Positions 8,548-16,344 of a DNA stretch of 43,010 nucleotides are shown here, one piece after another. The notes beneath the pieces are model-generated. The model saw only the letters and a program-made list of their open reading frames with translations, had not been told where the DNA came from and searched no databases. Position 1 is the stretch's first letter; each line of letters begins with the position of its first letter. Source of the stretch: a virus; IMG/VR virus record IMGVR_UViG_3300045988_038152, positions 1-43,010 of that record. One strand, 5' to 3'. Made by a program: the position numbers and the translations under genes.

Positions 8548-8796
8548 TTATCGCTCACGCTTCACACACTTCCTAATCTGCCCTGTAACGGCTTCAAACT
8601 TAAGCAATAAATTGTCGTCATTCCGGTTTAAAGTCCGATCATGAGCCGGAGAGACGTCCCGCAAGCCATTTACGAGGACATCGCGTGCCACACTGTTAAG
8701 CAGTGCACTCCGATGTGCTCCTGTGATGCTTATGATCTCGTCAAGAGTGAACTCTCCGACATATTCAGTACCTTTGAACAACTCATACAGTTTCAT
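8548..8796 (-). CDS. Hypothetical protein (82 aa)
   Basis: ORF overlapping the upstream gene end by 14 nt. Confidence 0.45.
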   Translation of the reverse strand: MKLYELFKGTEYVGEFTLDEIISITGAHRSALLNSVARDVLVNGLRDVSPAHDRTLNRNDDNLLLKFEAVTGQIRKCVKRER

Positions 8797-9049
8797 GCTT
8801 CTTCCTCCTTGTCACGAACTCATATCCTGTCAACCGGAACGCTCTCGGTGTCTTCGGGTGATCCGTTTCGATCAATCCATCTGTTCGTAGCATATCCATG
8901 TGACGAATTACCGTGGCATTTGACACGCCGACGCCGTCAGCAATCTCTTTGTAAGACGGTGCGTACCGATGTTCCTTAATATACCGACAGATGTACAGAT
9001 ATATGTCTTTATGAATTTGCTGGCTCTCCTTGAATTTCTGTTTGTACAT
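8783..9049 (-). CDS. LexA-N-terminal-like winged-HTH DNA-binding protein (no peptidase domain)
   Basis: IYLYICRYIKEHRYAPSYKEIADGVGVSNATVIRHMDMLRTDGLIE. Confidence 0.6.
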   Translation of the reverse strand: MYKQKFKESQQIHKDIYLYICRYIKEHRYAPSYKEIADGVGVSNATVIRHMDMLRTDGLIETDHPKTPRAFRLTGYEFVTRRKKHETV

Positions 9050-9416
9050 CCTCTTTCATCTCCTCCTGGTCGAGATAGTTTCGTCCAAATACCTCCATGA
9101 ACTTTGCATGTCCATATCGTTTTTCAAATTCTCTTTGCGCTATTCGCTGCAATTCGTGGCGGATCTCTGCGTTGTTATGTACTGCTTCAGGGCCGTAGAT
9201 ATGGTGATTGTGGCACAAATATACTTTCAAGCCATATTCTTCAGAGTTCTTCCGGTTCGGCCCTCCAAACACGTGATGTTCGTCCAGGATCCTGTGCTCA
9301 TTCCAGTTGTCATGTAACATCATACAAAGATAACAGGCTCTACTGCCTTTGCTATGTAGAACACTGGCCGGATGGCGCATTCTCTTTTTCTTACTTTTCT
9401 GTTTCGGAAATAACAT
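9009..9416 (-). CDS. NinG/Rap-like HNH-motif zinc protein (tentative)
   Basis: CYLC ... EHHVFGGPNRKNSEEYGLKVYLCHNHH ... FGRNYL. Confidence 0.45.
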   Translation of the reverse strand: MLFPKQKSKKKRMRHPASVLHSKGSRACYLCMMLHDNWNEHRILDEHHVFGGPNRKNSEEYGLKVYLCHNHHIYGPEAVHNNAEIRHELQRIAQREFEKRYGHAKFMEVFGRNYLDQEEMKEDVQTEIQGEPANS

Positions 9417-9505
9417 TTCGCCCCTTTCCGGGGAGGTCAGGGCCTCCCCTCGTGTATTTGTGATATATTCGGATTTTCGATAACACCCATTTTCATGTGA
9501 GGATT

Positions 9506-9859
9506 TTATCCTCTGATCGTTTCATACAGTTTCTTCTTTTCATTGTATTTCATTGCTACCGGTTGCCCACAATCCAGGCAGTTCAGATCGAACATTCTTT
9601 CTGTTTCATTTGTGAAATACCGGATATGTTCCCCACATTCGCAGTGAAGGAATGCAAGTTTCAGATCTTTCAATTCTGTTCGCTCCCCGCATTCTGCGCA
9701 TTTATAAAAGCTTAGTCCTGCTTTCGTAAAGAAACTCTTTTCTGCTCCGCATTTACATCGGATATGCAGAAAGCCGGAATATTTTTTCTCTTCGTTATAC
9801 ATGCTCCTGTGCGGTTCCTCTACTTTTTTTTTCAGAGCCTTTCGCGATTGTTGGAACAC
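9506..9859 (-). CDS. Multi-zinc-ribbon protein (alternative start ATG at 9802)
   Basis: Three CxC/CxxC pairs: CKCG..CAECG, CECG..CLDCG. Confidence 0.5.
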   Translation of the reverse strand: MFQQSRKALKKKVEEPHRSMYNEEKKYSGFLHIRCKCGAEKSFFTKAGLSFYKCAECGERTELKDLKLAFLHCECGEHIRYFTNETERMFDLNCLDCGQPVAMKYNEKKKLYETIRG

Positions 9860-10061
9860 TCTGAACCATTTCCGTTACTTTCTCTTTGAAGTCGGGATCC
9901 TCGATTGCCGGTACGTCAATCAGGAAAAGGTACTTCTTCAAGGTCTCATTCAGCGATCGGAATGTATATCTCATAGCATTTTCCTTATTAACTGCTGCCA
10001 GCACCTGCTTTCCGGCTAACACCTTTTTCAGGGCCGTTTCTAAATTTGTTTCCTGTAACAT
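9795..10061 (-). CDS. Hypothetical protein (88 aa)
   Basis: ORF between the loader and the zinc-ribbon gene. Confidence 0.45.
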   Translation of the reverse strand: MLQETNLETALKKVLAGKQVLAAVNKENAMRYTFRSLNETLKKYLFLIDVPAIEDPDFKEKVTEMVQSVPTIAKGSEKKSRGTAQEHV

Positions 10062-10079
10062 CTTCTCCTCCTTATCCCA

Positions 10080-10835
10080 TCACGCTGGCAGGAATGCTTT
10101 CTGCTCCCTAGCAGCATTCTTTTTCCGGATACTTTCTTCCGGCATCTGAAGCTCTATGCTTGTCTTAATAATCCGGTCCCTAGTTCTAGCATCTACGTTC
10201 AGGCTATCTGTACTCATGTTTGAGGTATAGATTATGATGTTTCCGTCTTCCATGCGCTTATTAACCAGCCGGAAGATCTCCTGTCTATGCCAGTCCTTGT
10301 CTGCTTGCGCTCCGATATCGTCAAGAACCAGGATTCCGCACTCACGGTAGATTTGGCTCGGATCTTCCTCTCCGCGTTCCCGCTTGTAGCTATTTCCTAC
10401 AGCGTCTATGTAATCCGGAGCTGTGACAAATCTCATTGACAGGTTGTACTTCATCATCACCGACTTGGCCAGACAGCAGGCCAGGAAGGTCTTGCCGCTT
10501 CCAGGTGTCCTGCTCCACAGATACAGGCCTTTTCCCGCCATCTCCCATTTTTGAAAATGATTCAAGAAGTTGTTGCACAGATCCTGCATCTTCCCCATGT
10601 TGTGCGAGTATATGTTAAAGTCAAACTTTGTCAAATCTGCATCATGATATTCTTTCGGGGTTCCCGTCCTATCTTCGCCCCAGAACTGTCCTCTGCATTT
10701 TGGGCATCTCTGGGCAAATGTAATTTCCTCCGGAAGACCGTAGTCAGGAACCGTGGCTGTGTACAGTTCCCAGCCTGTCCCGTGGCATACCGGACACTCA
10801 CCAGAGACGGGCTGAGTTGGTTGGCTCTGGTTCAT
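10080..10835 (-). CDS. DnaC/IstB-like AAA+ helicase loader with N-terminal zinc finger
   Basis: CPVCHGTGW...CPKCRG; Walker A TPGSGKTF; Walker B LVLDDIG. Confidence 0.8.
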   Translation of the reverse strand: MNQSQPTQPVSGECPVCHGTGWELYTATVPDYGLPEEITFAQRCPKCRGQFWGEDRTGTPKEYHDADLTKFDFNIYSHNMGKMQDLCNNFLNHFQKWEMAGKGLYLWSRTPGSGKTFLACCLAKSVMMKYNLSMRFVTAPDYIDAVGNSYKRERGEEDPSQIYRECGILVLDDIGAQADKDWHRQEIFRLVNKRMEDGNIIIYTSNMSTDSLNVDARTRDRIIKTSIELQMPEESIRKKNAAREQKAFLPA

Positions 10836-11388
10836 TCAGCGTCACCTCTTTTCGACTTTGCCTAGACCAGTTGCGTACAGCTGCTCTCCAGTCCTTCATT
10901 TTGTTTTTGCCAACCATCCAGCCCTTGCTCTCATAAAAATCGATAAAGCGTTGCGCGTCCACGTTATACCCGTTCTCCCGGCAATATTCACTCACATTCT
11001 CCAGGGTGGGCGGCACGAAGTGCGCTTTTTTCTCTTTATTCTCTTTTTTTACATTAACATTATCATTTTCATTAACATTAACATTTACATTAGGTTTTTC
11101 GTTTGCACTACCATTGGTTTTCATTTCAGAAACCATAGGTTTCTTGTTTTCATAACCATTGGTTTTTACAGGTCTACCACCACCCGAACCATTAGTTTTC
11201 CGCTTTATGTTTGCATCAATCTGGGGCTTGGCCATGTCGAAGATCATCATGAAAAGTCCATCCTCTTCTGGTTCCTTTCCTTCCAGGCCATAGTCCAAAA
11301 GTGACCACAAAGCTTTTAATTGTTCGTCCGGCGGAAGTCTTTTGATTGCGCTTGAAAAACTACTGTAAAACACCATGCTGTCAGGCAT
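10798..11388 (-). CDS. Replisome organiser / replication initiator candidate (Phg_2220_C-type C-terminus)
   Basis: C-terminus FIDFYESKGWMVGKNKMKDWRAAVRNW; low-complexity linker NVNVNVNENDNVNV and KTNG repeats; sits upstream of the DnaC-like loader. Confidence 0.6.
   Translation of the reverse strand: MPDSMVFYSSFSSAIKRLPPDEQLKALWSLLDYGLEGKEPEEDGLFMMIFDMAKPQIDANIKRKTNGSGGGRPVKTNGYENKKPMVSEMKTNGSANEKPNVNVNVNENDNVNVKKENKEKKAHFVPPTLENVSEYCRENGYNVDAQRFIDFYESKGWMVGKNKMKDWRAAVRNWSRQSRKEVTLNEPEPTNSARLW
11051..11199. repeat. Iteron-like arrays inside the replisome-organiser gene (candidate ori)
   Basis: About seven ACATTA hexamers at 11051-11092. Four ACCAT(T/A)(G/A)GTTT(T/C) 12-mers start at 11110, 11132, 11155 and 11188. 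Confidence 0.5.
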
Positions 11389-11710
11389 CTCTTCCGCTCT
11401 CCCATTCCCTGTATAACTGCATCCAGTCCTCTAATGTCATAGTTACAAGCCATTCACAATGATTCTTGCGGTGGAACACAGCCGGAAGCTCCTCCGGCTT
11501 TCTATCTCTCTTAGCCTGGTCTATCGCGTCGTATATGTTAAGACGCTCTCTCCTCTTGACTTCGATATGTATTCCAGGAAGGCCGACTACATCTGCATCA
11601 CCGTTTGCTCCACTGTACTGCTGCCCCCTCCTGGCTTTTTTATATCCATAGCCCCGGAGGATGCTCGCGACTTCCCGTTCTCCGGTTGCTCCTTTACTTC
11701 TGCTGTTCAT
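11381..11710 (-). CDS. PD-(D/E)XK-type Holliday-junction resolvase-like nuclease
   Basis: KGATGEREVASIL ... DADVVGLPGIHIEVKRRE. Confidence 0.6.
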   Translation of the reverse strand: MNSRSKGATGEREVASILRGYGYKKARRGQQYSGANGDADVVGLPGIHIEVKRRERLNIYDAIDQAKRDRKPEELPAVFHRKNHCEWLVTMTLEDWMQLYREWESGRDA

Positions 11711-12278
11711 ACTTCGCTCCTATTCCGTATTGCTCATACAATTTCTGTTTCTCAAATGGCGTCATGATCTCACTGTCCGGGATTCCTGAGTACCTGCATT
11801 CTTCGATCAGCCCGCTGATCAGTCTGGCCATCTCTTCTGTGTTGTAGGTACTAGAGCCTCTCAGAAGGAGATACACACGCTTGGTTTCACCTTTCATGAA
11901 CGTGACCTTTGGAGACAATGCCAGGTGATACTCCATCTTGTTCAGGACTTCTCTTTCTGCCTGATCCGTGTCCGGAAGGGGAACAGCAATTAGCTGTCCC
12001 TCCACTTGTTCATACTGTCCGTAGTCCCGTAACATCCGGTTGTGAGCTTCTGCATTGCTCCAGCCATGAATTCTTGCCAGTTTGGTCAAAAGGCACCAGT
12101 AATAGGCGTTTGCATCCAGGGAACGCTTTTCTTTGTGCCGCTTCAGTTTCACGTCTATATCTTTACCAGAGAAGATTTGAACTGCTTCTGCAACATTTTG
12201 ATCCGTAGAAAATGTAAGATTCCATTTCCCGGTTACGATATCCCGGAACGCTGAAGAAATCTTTCCTTTAAATTCCAT
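11694..12278 (-). CDS. NinB/Orf-family recombination mediator
   Basis: KEKRSLDANAYYWCLLTKLA parallels lambda NinB ERNRSLDQNRKLWACLGDV. Confidence 0.6.
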   Translation of the reverse strand: MEFKGKISSAFRDIVTGKWNLTFSTDQNVAEAVQIFSGKDIDVKLKRHKEKRSLDANAYYWCLLTKLARIHGWSNAEAHNRMLRDYGQYEQVEGQLIAVPLPDTDQAEREVLNKMEYHLALSPKVTFMKGETKRVYLLLRGSSTYNTEEMARLISGLIEECRYSGIPDSEIMTPFEKQKLYEQYGIGAKYEQQK

Positions 12279-12901
12279 TAATCATCACCATACTTCTCTT
12301 TTAAAGCGTTCAGCATATTGCCTGCATCGGTTTCTGTAAGGTTCTCCCATGTTTTTCCATTAGACCGGATCCAGTAATCCAGATTGATCTTATGTTTCTG
12401 GCCAAGACTTTTTATAGTCTTAAGTTGCGCAGGCGTAGCAAGCGGATCCTCGCCCGGGATTTCACTGCTAAATGGTCTGTGTTCCTCCTTCAGCCAGAGG
12501 TTGAAACCCAGCCCTGTATGTATGGCCACGCACTTCACAAAGGAACGACACATACTGTTCCACACTCTCTGCTGACTCATGGAATTATCCTTTACAGGGT
12601 TTGTTCCATTCATTACCGGAGACTGCATGACATATTCTTTGTCATCGATCACAACCTTGATCCTGGTCTCATAAGCCCGGTTCGTTGCGCCATTCTTGTC
12701 CGTAAATGTAACGTCTGAATAGTAAAGGCTTCCCCCAGTACGTTCATTCGGGATTGGAACGAAATACACAGCCTCAGCTCCATTTTCATGCAGAAGGTCA
12801 ATACATTTTGCCCAGTTCAGATACAACATACCTTCTCGTTTTTCACAATACGGAAGCACGTCGACCTTTCTCATCTCATTAAAATTCTTTAACATATTCA
12901 C
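12278..12901 (-). CDS. Rad52-like single-strand annealing protein (Sak/DUF1071-type)
   Basis: LYLNWAKCIDLLHENGAEAVYF... pattern; adjacent to NinB and resolvase. Confidence 0.6.
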   Translation of the reverse strand: MNMLKNFNEMRKVDVLPYCEKREGMLYLNWAKCIDLLHENGAEAVYFVPIPNERTGGSLYYSDVTFTDKNGATNRAYETRIKVVIDDKEYVMQSPVMNGTNPVKDNSMSQQRVWNSMCRSFVKCVAIHTGLGFNLWLKEEHRPFSSEIPGEDPLATPAQLKTIKSLGQKHKINLDYWIRSNGKTWENLTETDAGNMLNALKEKYGDD

Positions 12902-13134
12902 ACCGCCTTAAAAAAGCAATACACATTGTCGGAACCATCTCCTCTCGCTGGATTCTGCTCGCCGCTTGGAAAGATTCCACCAGCGCAATGATACTCAAGA
13001 TGATTCAGATACATGTCCGGATTTTCCCAGTCAAGAATGTACGCTTTCCGCCTGTTCAGCTCCTCCAGAAGCTCGTTTACTGTCGCTGTCAGTTCCATTG
13101 TCGGAAGGAGCTTCAGCTCCGCCTGATTCATCAT
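12898..13134 (-). CDS. Hypothetical protein (78 aa)
   Basis: ATGA-type overlap with the SSAP gene. Confidence 0.45.
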   Translation of the reverse strand: MMNQAELKLLPTMELTATVNELLEELNRRKAYILDWENPDMYLNHLEYHCAGGIFPSGEQNPARGDGSDNVYCFFKAV

Positions 13135-13411
13135 TTAACGGACACCTCCCATCTATCAGAAGTTTCAGCAGGAAAGTTTTAATTATTTTAAGTTTCTCGC
13201 GAATTTCTTCTTTGGAAAGAAATTTAAAAGATATGGTCTGATACAAATCCCAATCGAATTCGCTTCCGAGAACTCCGATGATTTTCTTTCTTCTAACCCC
13301 TCTTACATTCAATCCGTATGATGAATATTCAAACGTAACACTTGCTGTCGGAACTTCATTCACGACTCTTTTGCAGAGTCCGTAAATCTCATCAATTTCT
13401 TTCTCAAACAC
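13031..13411 (-). CDS. Hypothetical protein (126 aa from GTG)
   Basis: RBS gagaaaggagaattggaGTG; GTG overlaps the upstream stop; 3' end overlaps the next ORF by 104 nt. Confidence 0.4.
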   Translation of the reverse strand: MFEKEIDEIYGLCKRVVNEVPTASVTFEYSSYGLNVRGVRRKKIIGVLGSEFDWDLYQTISFKFLSKEEIREKLKIIKTFLLKLLIDGRCPLNDESGGAEAPSDNGTDSDSKRASGGAEQAESVHS

Positions 13412-13586
13412 TCCAATTCTCCTTTCTCTCCGGCGTATCAATGTCCCAGAGGATTCCATATACGATTGCCGCTGTCATTACCGCCGAAAAAATCTGTCTG
13501 CCCGGTCCACCCCACTGCCAAAATGGAAGGAACGTGGAAAAACTCCCGATCAGTGCGGCACAGACGATGTTTTTCAGATTATTCAC
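13404..13586 (-). CDS. Small membrane protein (60 aa, GTG start)
   Basis: Two hydrophobic segments; start overlaps the upstream stop. Confidence 0.45.
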   Translation of the reverse strand: MNNLKNIVCAALIGSFSTFLPFWQWGGPGRQIFSAVMTAAIVYGILWDIDTPERKENWSV

Positions 13587-13758
13587 TGATACCTCCTATG
13601 ATCCATGCAAGGTTGCTCGCCACCAGTGCGGCGGCTGTCACAATCCATGCCGTGAACCATCTTTTTGACTTTTTCTTGCTTTCTTCGACAATTTCAGTCG
13701 CAAGTACTACTTCGATGTCAGCCCATGTGAGCTGACTTTTGTTTTTAATTTCGCTCAT
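13579..13758 (-). CDS. Small membrane protein (59 aa, not in ORF track)
   Basis: RBS aaggagaaattagcacgatATG; MSEIKNKSQLTWADIEVV...WFTAWIVTAAALVASNLAWIIGGISE. Confidence 0.5.
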   Translation of the reverse strand: MSEIKNKSQLTWADIEVVLATEIVEESKKKSKRWFTAWIVTAAALVASNLAWIIGGISE

Positions 13759-13894
13759 ATCGTGCTAATTTCTCCTTATTTGTTCTTATTTGTCTTTACA
13801 ATTAGCAGATAGAGAACTATAATGTATCTATCCACTAAGGCGTTTTAGTGGGTGCAAAGCTCCGGGGTGGAGGTGTCGGCTCCCTCCGGGGCAC

Positions 13895-14224
13895 TCACTT
13901 ATTAAGAGCAGCTTTGCCTTTCCAGACATGACCAGTTACTTCATAGACTTTCCTAGGGCTTATGATGTACGTGATTCGTCCACCGGAAAGACTTTTTGCT
14001 GGCTTGTTATTCTGGATTGCTGTCCCGATCGGCAACCATCCGTACACAATTCCTGCTCTAATTGATGTCACAGGAAGTCCGATCAGTTGACTCGCATCAG
14101 ATACGCTCATACTCTCTGATGAGAACTCTGGCATCTGTGGAATGCCCGATATGATTCTCGCAACCTCTGCGGCGAACTGATGGACTTCTGCGCTTTCTTT
14201 GATGTAAGTATCAACTTCGCTCAT
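13895..14224 (-). CDS. Excisionase-like HTH DNA-binding protein
   Basis: MSVSDASQLIGLPVTSIRAGIVYGWLPIG ... YIISPRKVYE resembles MerR/Xis-type HTH_17. Confidence 0.5.
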   Translation of the reverse strand: MSEVDTYIKESAEVHQFAAEVARIISGIPQMPEFSSESMSVSDASQLIGLPVTSIRAGIVYGWLPIGTAIQNNKPAKSLSGGRITYIISPRKVYEVTGHVWKGKAALNK

Positions 14225-14354
14225 TTTATACTCCTTTCATATTTGTTTTTATGTTTTTTTTACCTTTGATTTCTTCTTTCTCTTTTGAGTTTTGAATGGA
14301 GATTTCTTTCCGGTAAAATGTGTAAAATTATTTGCTCCCATTATTTATCACCTA

Positions 14355-14383
14355 TTGTATTTCTTTTCCCCTCTACCTATAAT
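14355..14383 (+). promoter_or_regulatory. Sigma-A-type promoter TTGTAT-17-TATAAT
   Basis: Hexamers at 14355-14360 and 14378-14383; about 45 nt upstream of plus-strand ORF 14430. Confidence 0.45.
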
Positions 14384-14429
14384 GCATTTACAGGCACCGA
14401 CATGCCGAGTACAACGAAAGGGGAATTAC

Positions 14430-14630
14430 ATGGTTGAAACAATTACACGGCTGTACCATTGCCACAAGATTCACAAGCATGTGACTGTTTATGAAGAGTA
14501 TGAGGTTTCTGATAGCGGTCGCCACCTACTGCGGTGCTCATGTCCATATTATCAATACACGGAAATGAAGCCGCGCTGTGATGGGTATAATGACCATGGT
14601 TTTCAATGTGGTTATGCAAAAAATCAATAA
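14430..14630 (+). CDS. 66-aa Cys/His-rich protein, plus strand, fully antisense to the 3' part of ORF 14443-14763
   Basis: RBS gaaaggggaattacATG; MVETITRLYHCHKIHKHVTVYEEYEV... Confidence 0.4.
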   Translation: MVETITRLYHCHKIHKHVTVYEEYEVSDSGRHLLRCSCPYYQYTEMKPRCDGYNDHGFQCGYAKNQ

Positions 14631-14763
14631 CCAGGCTCACTAACTCATCCGGTCGCTCACTTGGCGATAGGTAGCAGTAAAGCCGTAGGTCGCATTTGCA
14701 ACAGTCTCCGCCAGATTCTTTGCAGTGTTGGCTGACGGCTTTGTTAAATTGTAATGCGTCCAT
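14443..14763 (-). CDS. 106-aa Cys-rich protein (the C-terminal half may be a shadow extension)
   Basis: RBS ggaggtgaaaacaATG; MDALQFNKAVSQHCKESGGDCCKCDLRLYCYLSP resembles small Firmicutes MGE proteins. Confidence 0.45.
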   Translation of the reverse strand: MDALQFNKAVSQHCKESGGDCCKCDLRLYCYLSPSERPDELVSLVIDFLHNHIENHGHYTHHSAASFPCIDNMDMSTAVGGDRYQKPHTLHKQSHACESCGNGTAV

Positions 14764-14779
14764 TGTTTTCACCTCCATG

Positions 14780-14944
14780 TTAAGAACTTTCTTTCTGCGC
14801 CTTGCCGGAATCATCTGACTTATCAGGATTTTTATACTTGGCAATTGTCTCACCAACACCGAGAAAATATCCCTTGTCAAACTCTGACATATTTGGAACC
14901 GCCTTTGCGATTGACTCAAGAATATTTTTTTCTTTTTCAGACAT
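14780..14944 (-). CDS. 54-aa protein (not in ORF track)
   Basis: RBS aaaggagtgagtacATG; MSEKEKNILESIAKAVPNMSEFDKGYFLGVGETIAKYK... Confidence 0.5.
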   Translation of the reverse strand: MSEKEKNILESIAKAVPNMSEFDKGYFLGVGETIAKYKNPDKSDDSGKAQKESS

Positions 14945-14962
14945 GTACTCACTCCTTTCTTG

Positions 14963-14971
14963 TGATATACT
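14963..14971 (+). promoter_or_regulatory. Extended -10 promoter element TGATATACT
   Basis: TGnTATACT 22 nt upstream of the ATG at 14993. Confidence 0.35.
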
Positions 14972-14992
14972 CTCCTGTGAGAGGAGATTAAA

Positions 14993-15346
14993 ATGAAAAA
15001 TATTGACTTTTCCAACATTGAGTTATCCTTTAGTGAACGAATAACTCTCCGCTTGTTACCGATTATCAAATCTAATCACTTCTTTAGATACCAGACACTA
15101 GACTATCTCAACCGCCTAGGTCTGCTTGACCGAGATCACGGAGTTTATACCGTGAACCGAAATTGTAAAATGTATTTTCACATCAAACGTAAAGAACGAA
15201 TTAGATTTGTAATCCCAACAGCGATATCAATTGTTGCCCTATTTGCTGGATATGACGTATACAAGATTCCACTTCTGGACGAAGTATTATCAACAGTAAA
15301 GATACTATTGATACATGCAATGGAAAGTTTGGGAATTTTGCCATAA
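14993..15346 (+). CDS. 117-aa membrane-anchored protein, counter-oriented inside the early operon (moron; Sie/Abi candidate)
   Basis: RBS gagaggagattaaaATG; single TM FVIPTAISIVALFAGY after a ~75-aa soluble domain. Confidence 0.55.
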   Translation: MKNIDFSNIELSFSERITLRLLPIIKSNHFFRYQTLDYLNRLGLLDRDHGVYTVNRNCKMYFHIKRKERIRFVIPTAISIVALFAGYDVYKIPLLDEVLSTVKILLIHAMESLGILP

Positions 15347-15492
15347 ACCATTCCAGCAATGTTTTTCTTCGTGCGAAAAAATACCAGTGGAAAAACTTTT
15401 TTATTTGGCTCGTTGTTTTCACCTCCATCTGCCCTGCCATCGTCAGCACCGGTGGGGCGGTTCCGGTGGACGGTCATTTCTGACCGTTTCGG

Positions 15493-15771
15493 CTATTTAA
15501 GAAGTTCGCCTGTTATATCGAACAATTTGCAATATGGAGTAATGTTGATTTCTTCACCTGTGGCTTTTCGTTCTCTCAAAATCACGTCTGATACAGTCTG
15601 CTTATGGTCCGGTGTGACAAAGCCGTTTTCCTTTACATATTTTTGCATTTGTTTTAATGCTTCTTTTCTATTCTCATCGTAAAATATACAAATGTATTTA
15701 ACCTCTCCACAATGTCCAATGACTGGTTCGTAATCTTGCTGTTTTAACAGAACATCATAAATGACTGACAT
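15493..15771 (-). CDS. First early gene (92 aa), unknown function, no HTH recognised
   Basis: RBS agagaggaaaaaggatATG at 15771; immediately downstream of the early promoter. Confidence 0.5.
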   Translation of the reverse strand: MSVIYDVLLKQQDYEPVIGHCGEVKYICIFYDENRKEALKQMQKYVKENGFVTPDHKQTVSDVILRERKATGEEINITPYCKLFDITGELLK

Positions 15772-15818
15772 ATCCTTTTTCCTCTCTTCCTTGTGGTTTG
15801 TTTTTTGTTGATGAACAA

Positions 15819-15847
15819 ATAATATCACTCATTTTCTTGTTTGTCAA
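15819..15847 (-). promoter_or_regulatory. Early (lytic) promoter TTGACA-17-TATTAT
   Basis: -35 at 15847-15842 and -10 at 15824-15819, read on the minus strand. Confidence 0.65.
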
Positions 15848-15891
15848 CATGTTTTATAAAAATATTTATATATTTTCTTGTTGACCAACAA
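15832..15891. promoter_or_regulatory. Operator-like repeats overlapping both -35 boxes
   Basis: TTTTCTTGTTTGTCAACA (15832-15849) and TTTTCTTGTTGACCAACA (15873-15890); the second contains the inverted repeat TTGTTG-AC-CAACAA (15878-15891). Confidence 0.55.
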
Positions 15892-15909
15892 GCATAATGA
15901 TGGTATACT
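15881..15909 (+). promoter_or_regulatory. Repressor (maintenance) promoter TTGACC-17-TATACT
   Basis: Hexamers at 15881-15886 and 15904-15909; 22 nt upstream of the XRE start. Confidence 0.65.
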
Positions 15910-15931
15910 TCATATTAAGAAAGGAGGAACA

Positions 15932-16327
15932 ATGTTGGAAACGATAGGAGAAAGAATCCGATCTATCAGAGAAGAACATCACATGTCCCGAAGAAAGTTC
16001 GGGGAGGTTCTTGGCACTAGCGAAAACGCCATTGTCAATATAGAATATGATAGATTGAAACGCCCTGACCAGAAAGAGCCTATATATAAGCTGATTTGCA
16101 AAGAATTTGGAATTAATATGGAATGGCTTATGTACGGGACTGGTAATAAAGAATGTGATGATTTAAGAGATGCTCAAATTTCCGAGTTTGTTGGAAGAAC
16201 TTTTGAAAATGAATCTGAAACGTTCAAAAAAAGGTTTATTGCCATGCTTTCATCATTAGATGAATCTGATTGGGAAACACTTGAAAAAATTGCAAATTTA
16301 CTTCAAAACAAAAAAGAGCAGGAATAA
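15932..16327 (+). CDS. XRE-family (CI-like) repressor
   Basis: RBS aaaggaggaacaATG; HTH_3 pattern IRSIREEHHMSRRKFGEVLGTSENAIVNIEYD. Confidence 0.8.
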   Translation: MLETIGERIRSIREEHHMSRRKFGEVLGTSENAIVNIEYDRLKRPDQKEPIYKLICKEFGINMEWLMYGTGNKECDDLRDAQISEFVGRTFENESETFKKRFIAMLSSLDESDWETLEKIANLLQNKKEQE

Positions 16328-16344
16328 CACCTGCTCTCTTTTTA
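16315..16344. terminator. Bidirectional intrinsic terminator
   Basis: AGAGCAGG-aataaca-CCTGCTCT, flanked by an A-run and a T-run; the stem contains the repressor stop codon. Confidence 0.7.

Noticed and set aside
8392-8556. 54-aa GTG-initiated ORF (VSDKLKVKPRKQRFPLAQPNQAAQAFGRAMVNCQSQIKSMEKEAYENGFNDGED) filling the 8426-8547 gap
   Set aside because: It is plausible as a gap-filler, but it has a non-ATG start, no clear RBS and a 34-nt overlap with the next ORF. It is left unannotated.
11040-11100. Short tandem ACATTA repeats as a CRISPR-like or satellite array
   Set aside because: The units are 6 bp with no spacers, lie inside an open reading frame (they encode NVNVNVN), and no cas genes are present. 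They are interpreted as linker or iteron repeats instead.
13797-13894. Possible plus-strand promoter (TTACAA-16-TATAAT) with hairpins (CCACTAA-ggcgtt-TTAGTGG; GC-rich CTCCGGGG repeats), considered as a small antisense RNA or terminator
   Set aside because: The GC-rich element does not form a clean stem and has no T-run. The promoter call in AT-rich DNA is weak, and there is too little evidence to annotate it.
15178-15682. Track ORFs 15178-15477(-), 15201-15449(-), 15315-15500(+) and 15359-15682(+)
   Set aside because: They overlap each other and the better-supported genes 14993-15346(+) and 15493-15771(-). They lack RBSs. The 15347-15492 gap is better read as noncoding with two hairpins.
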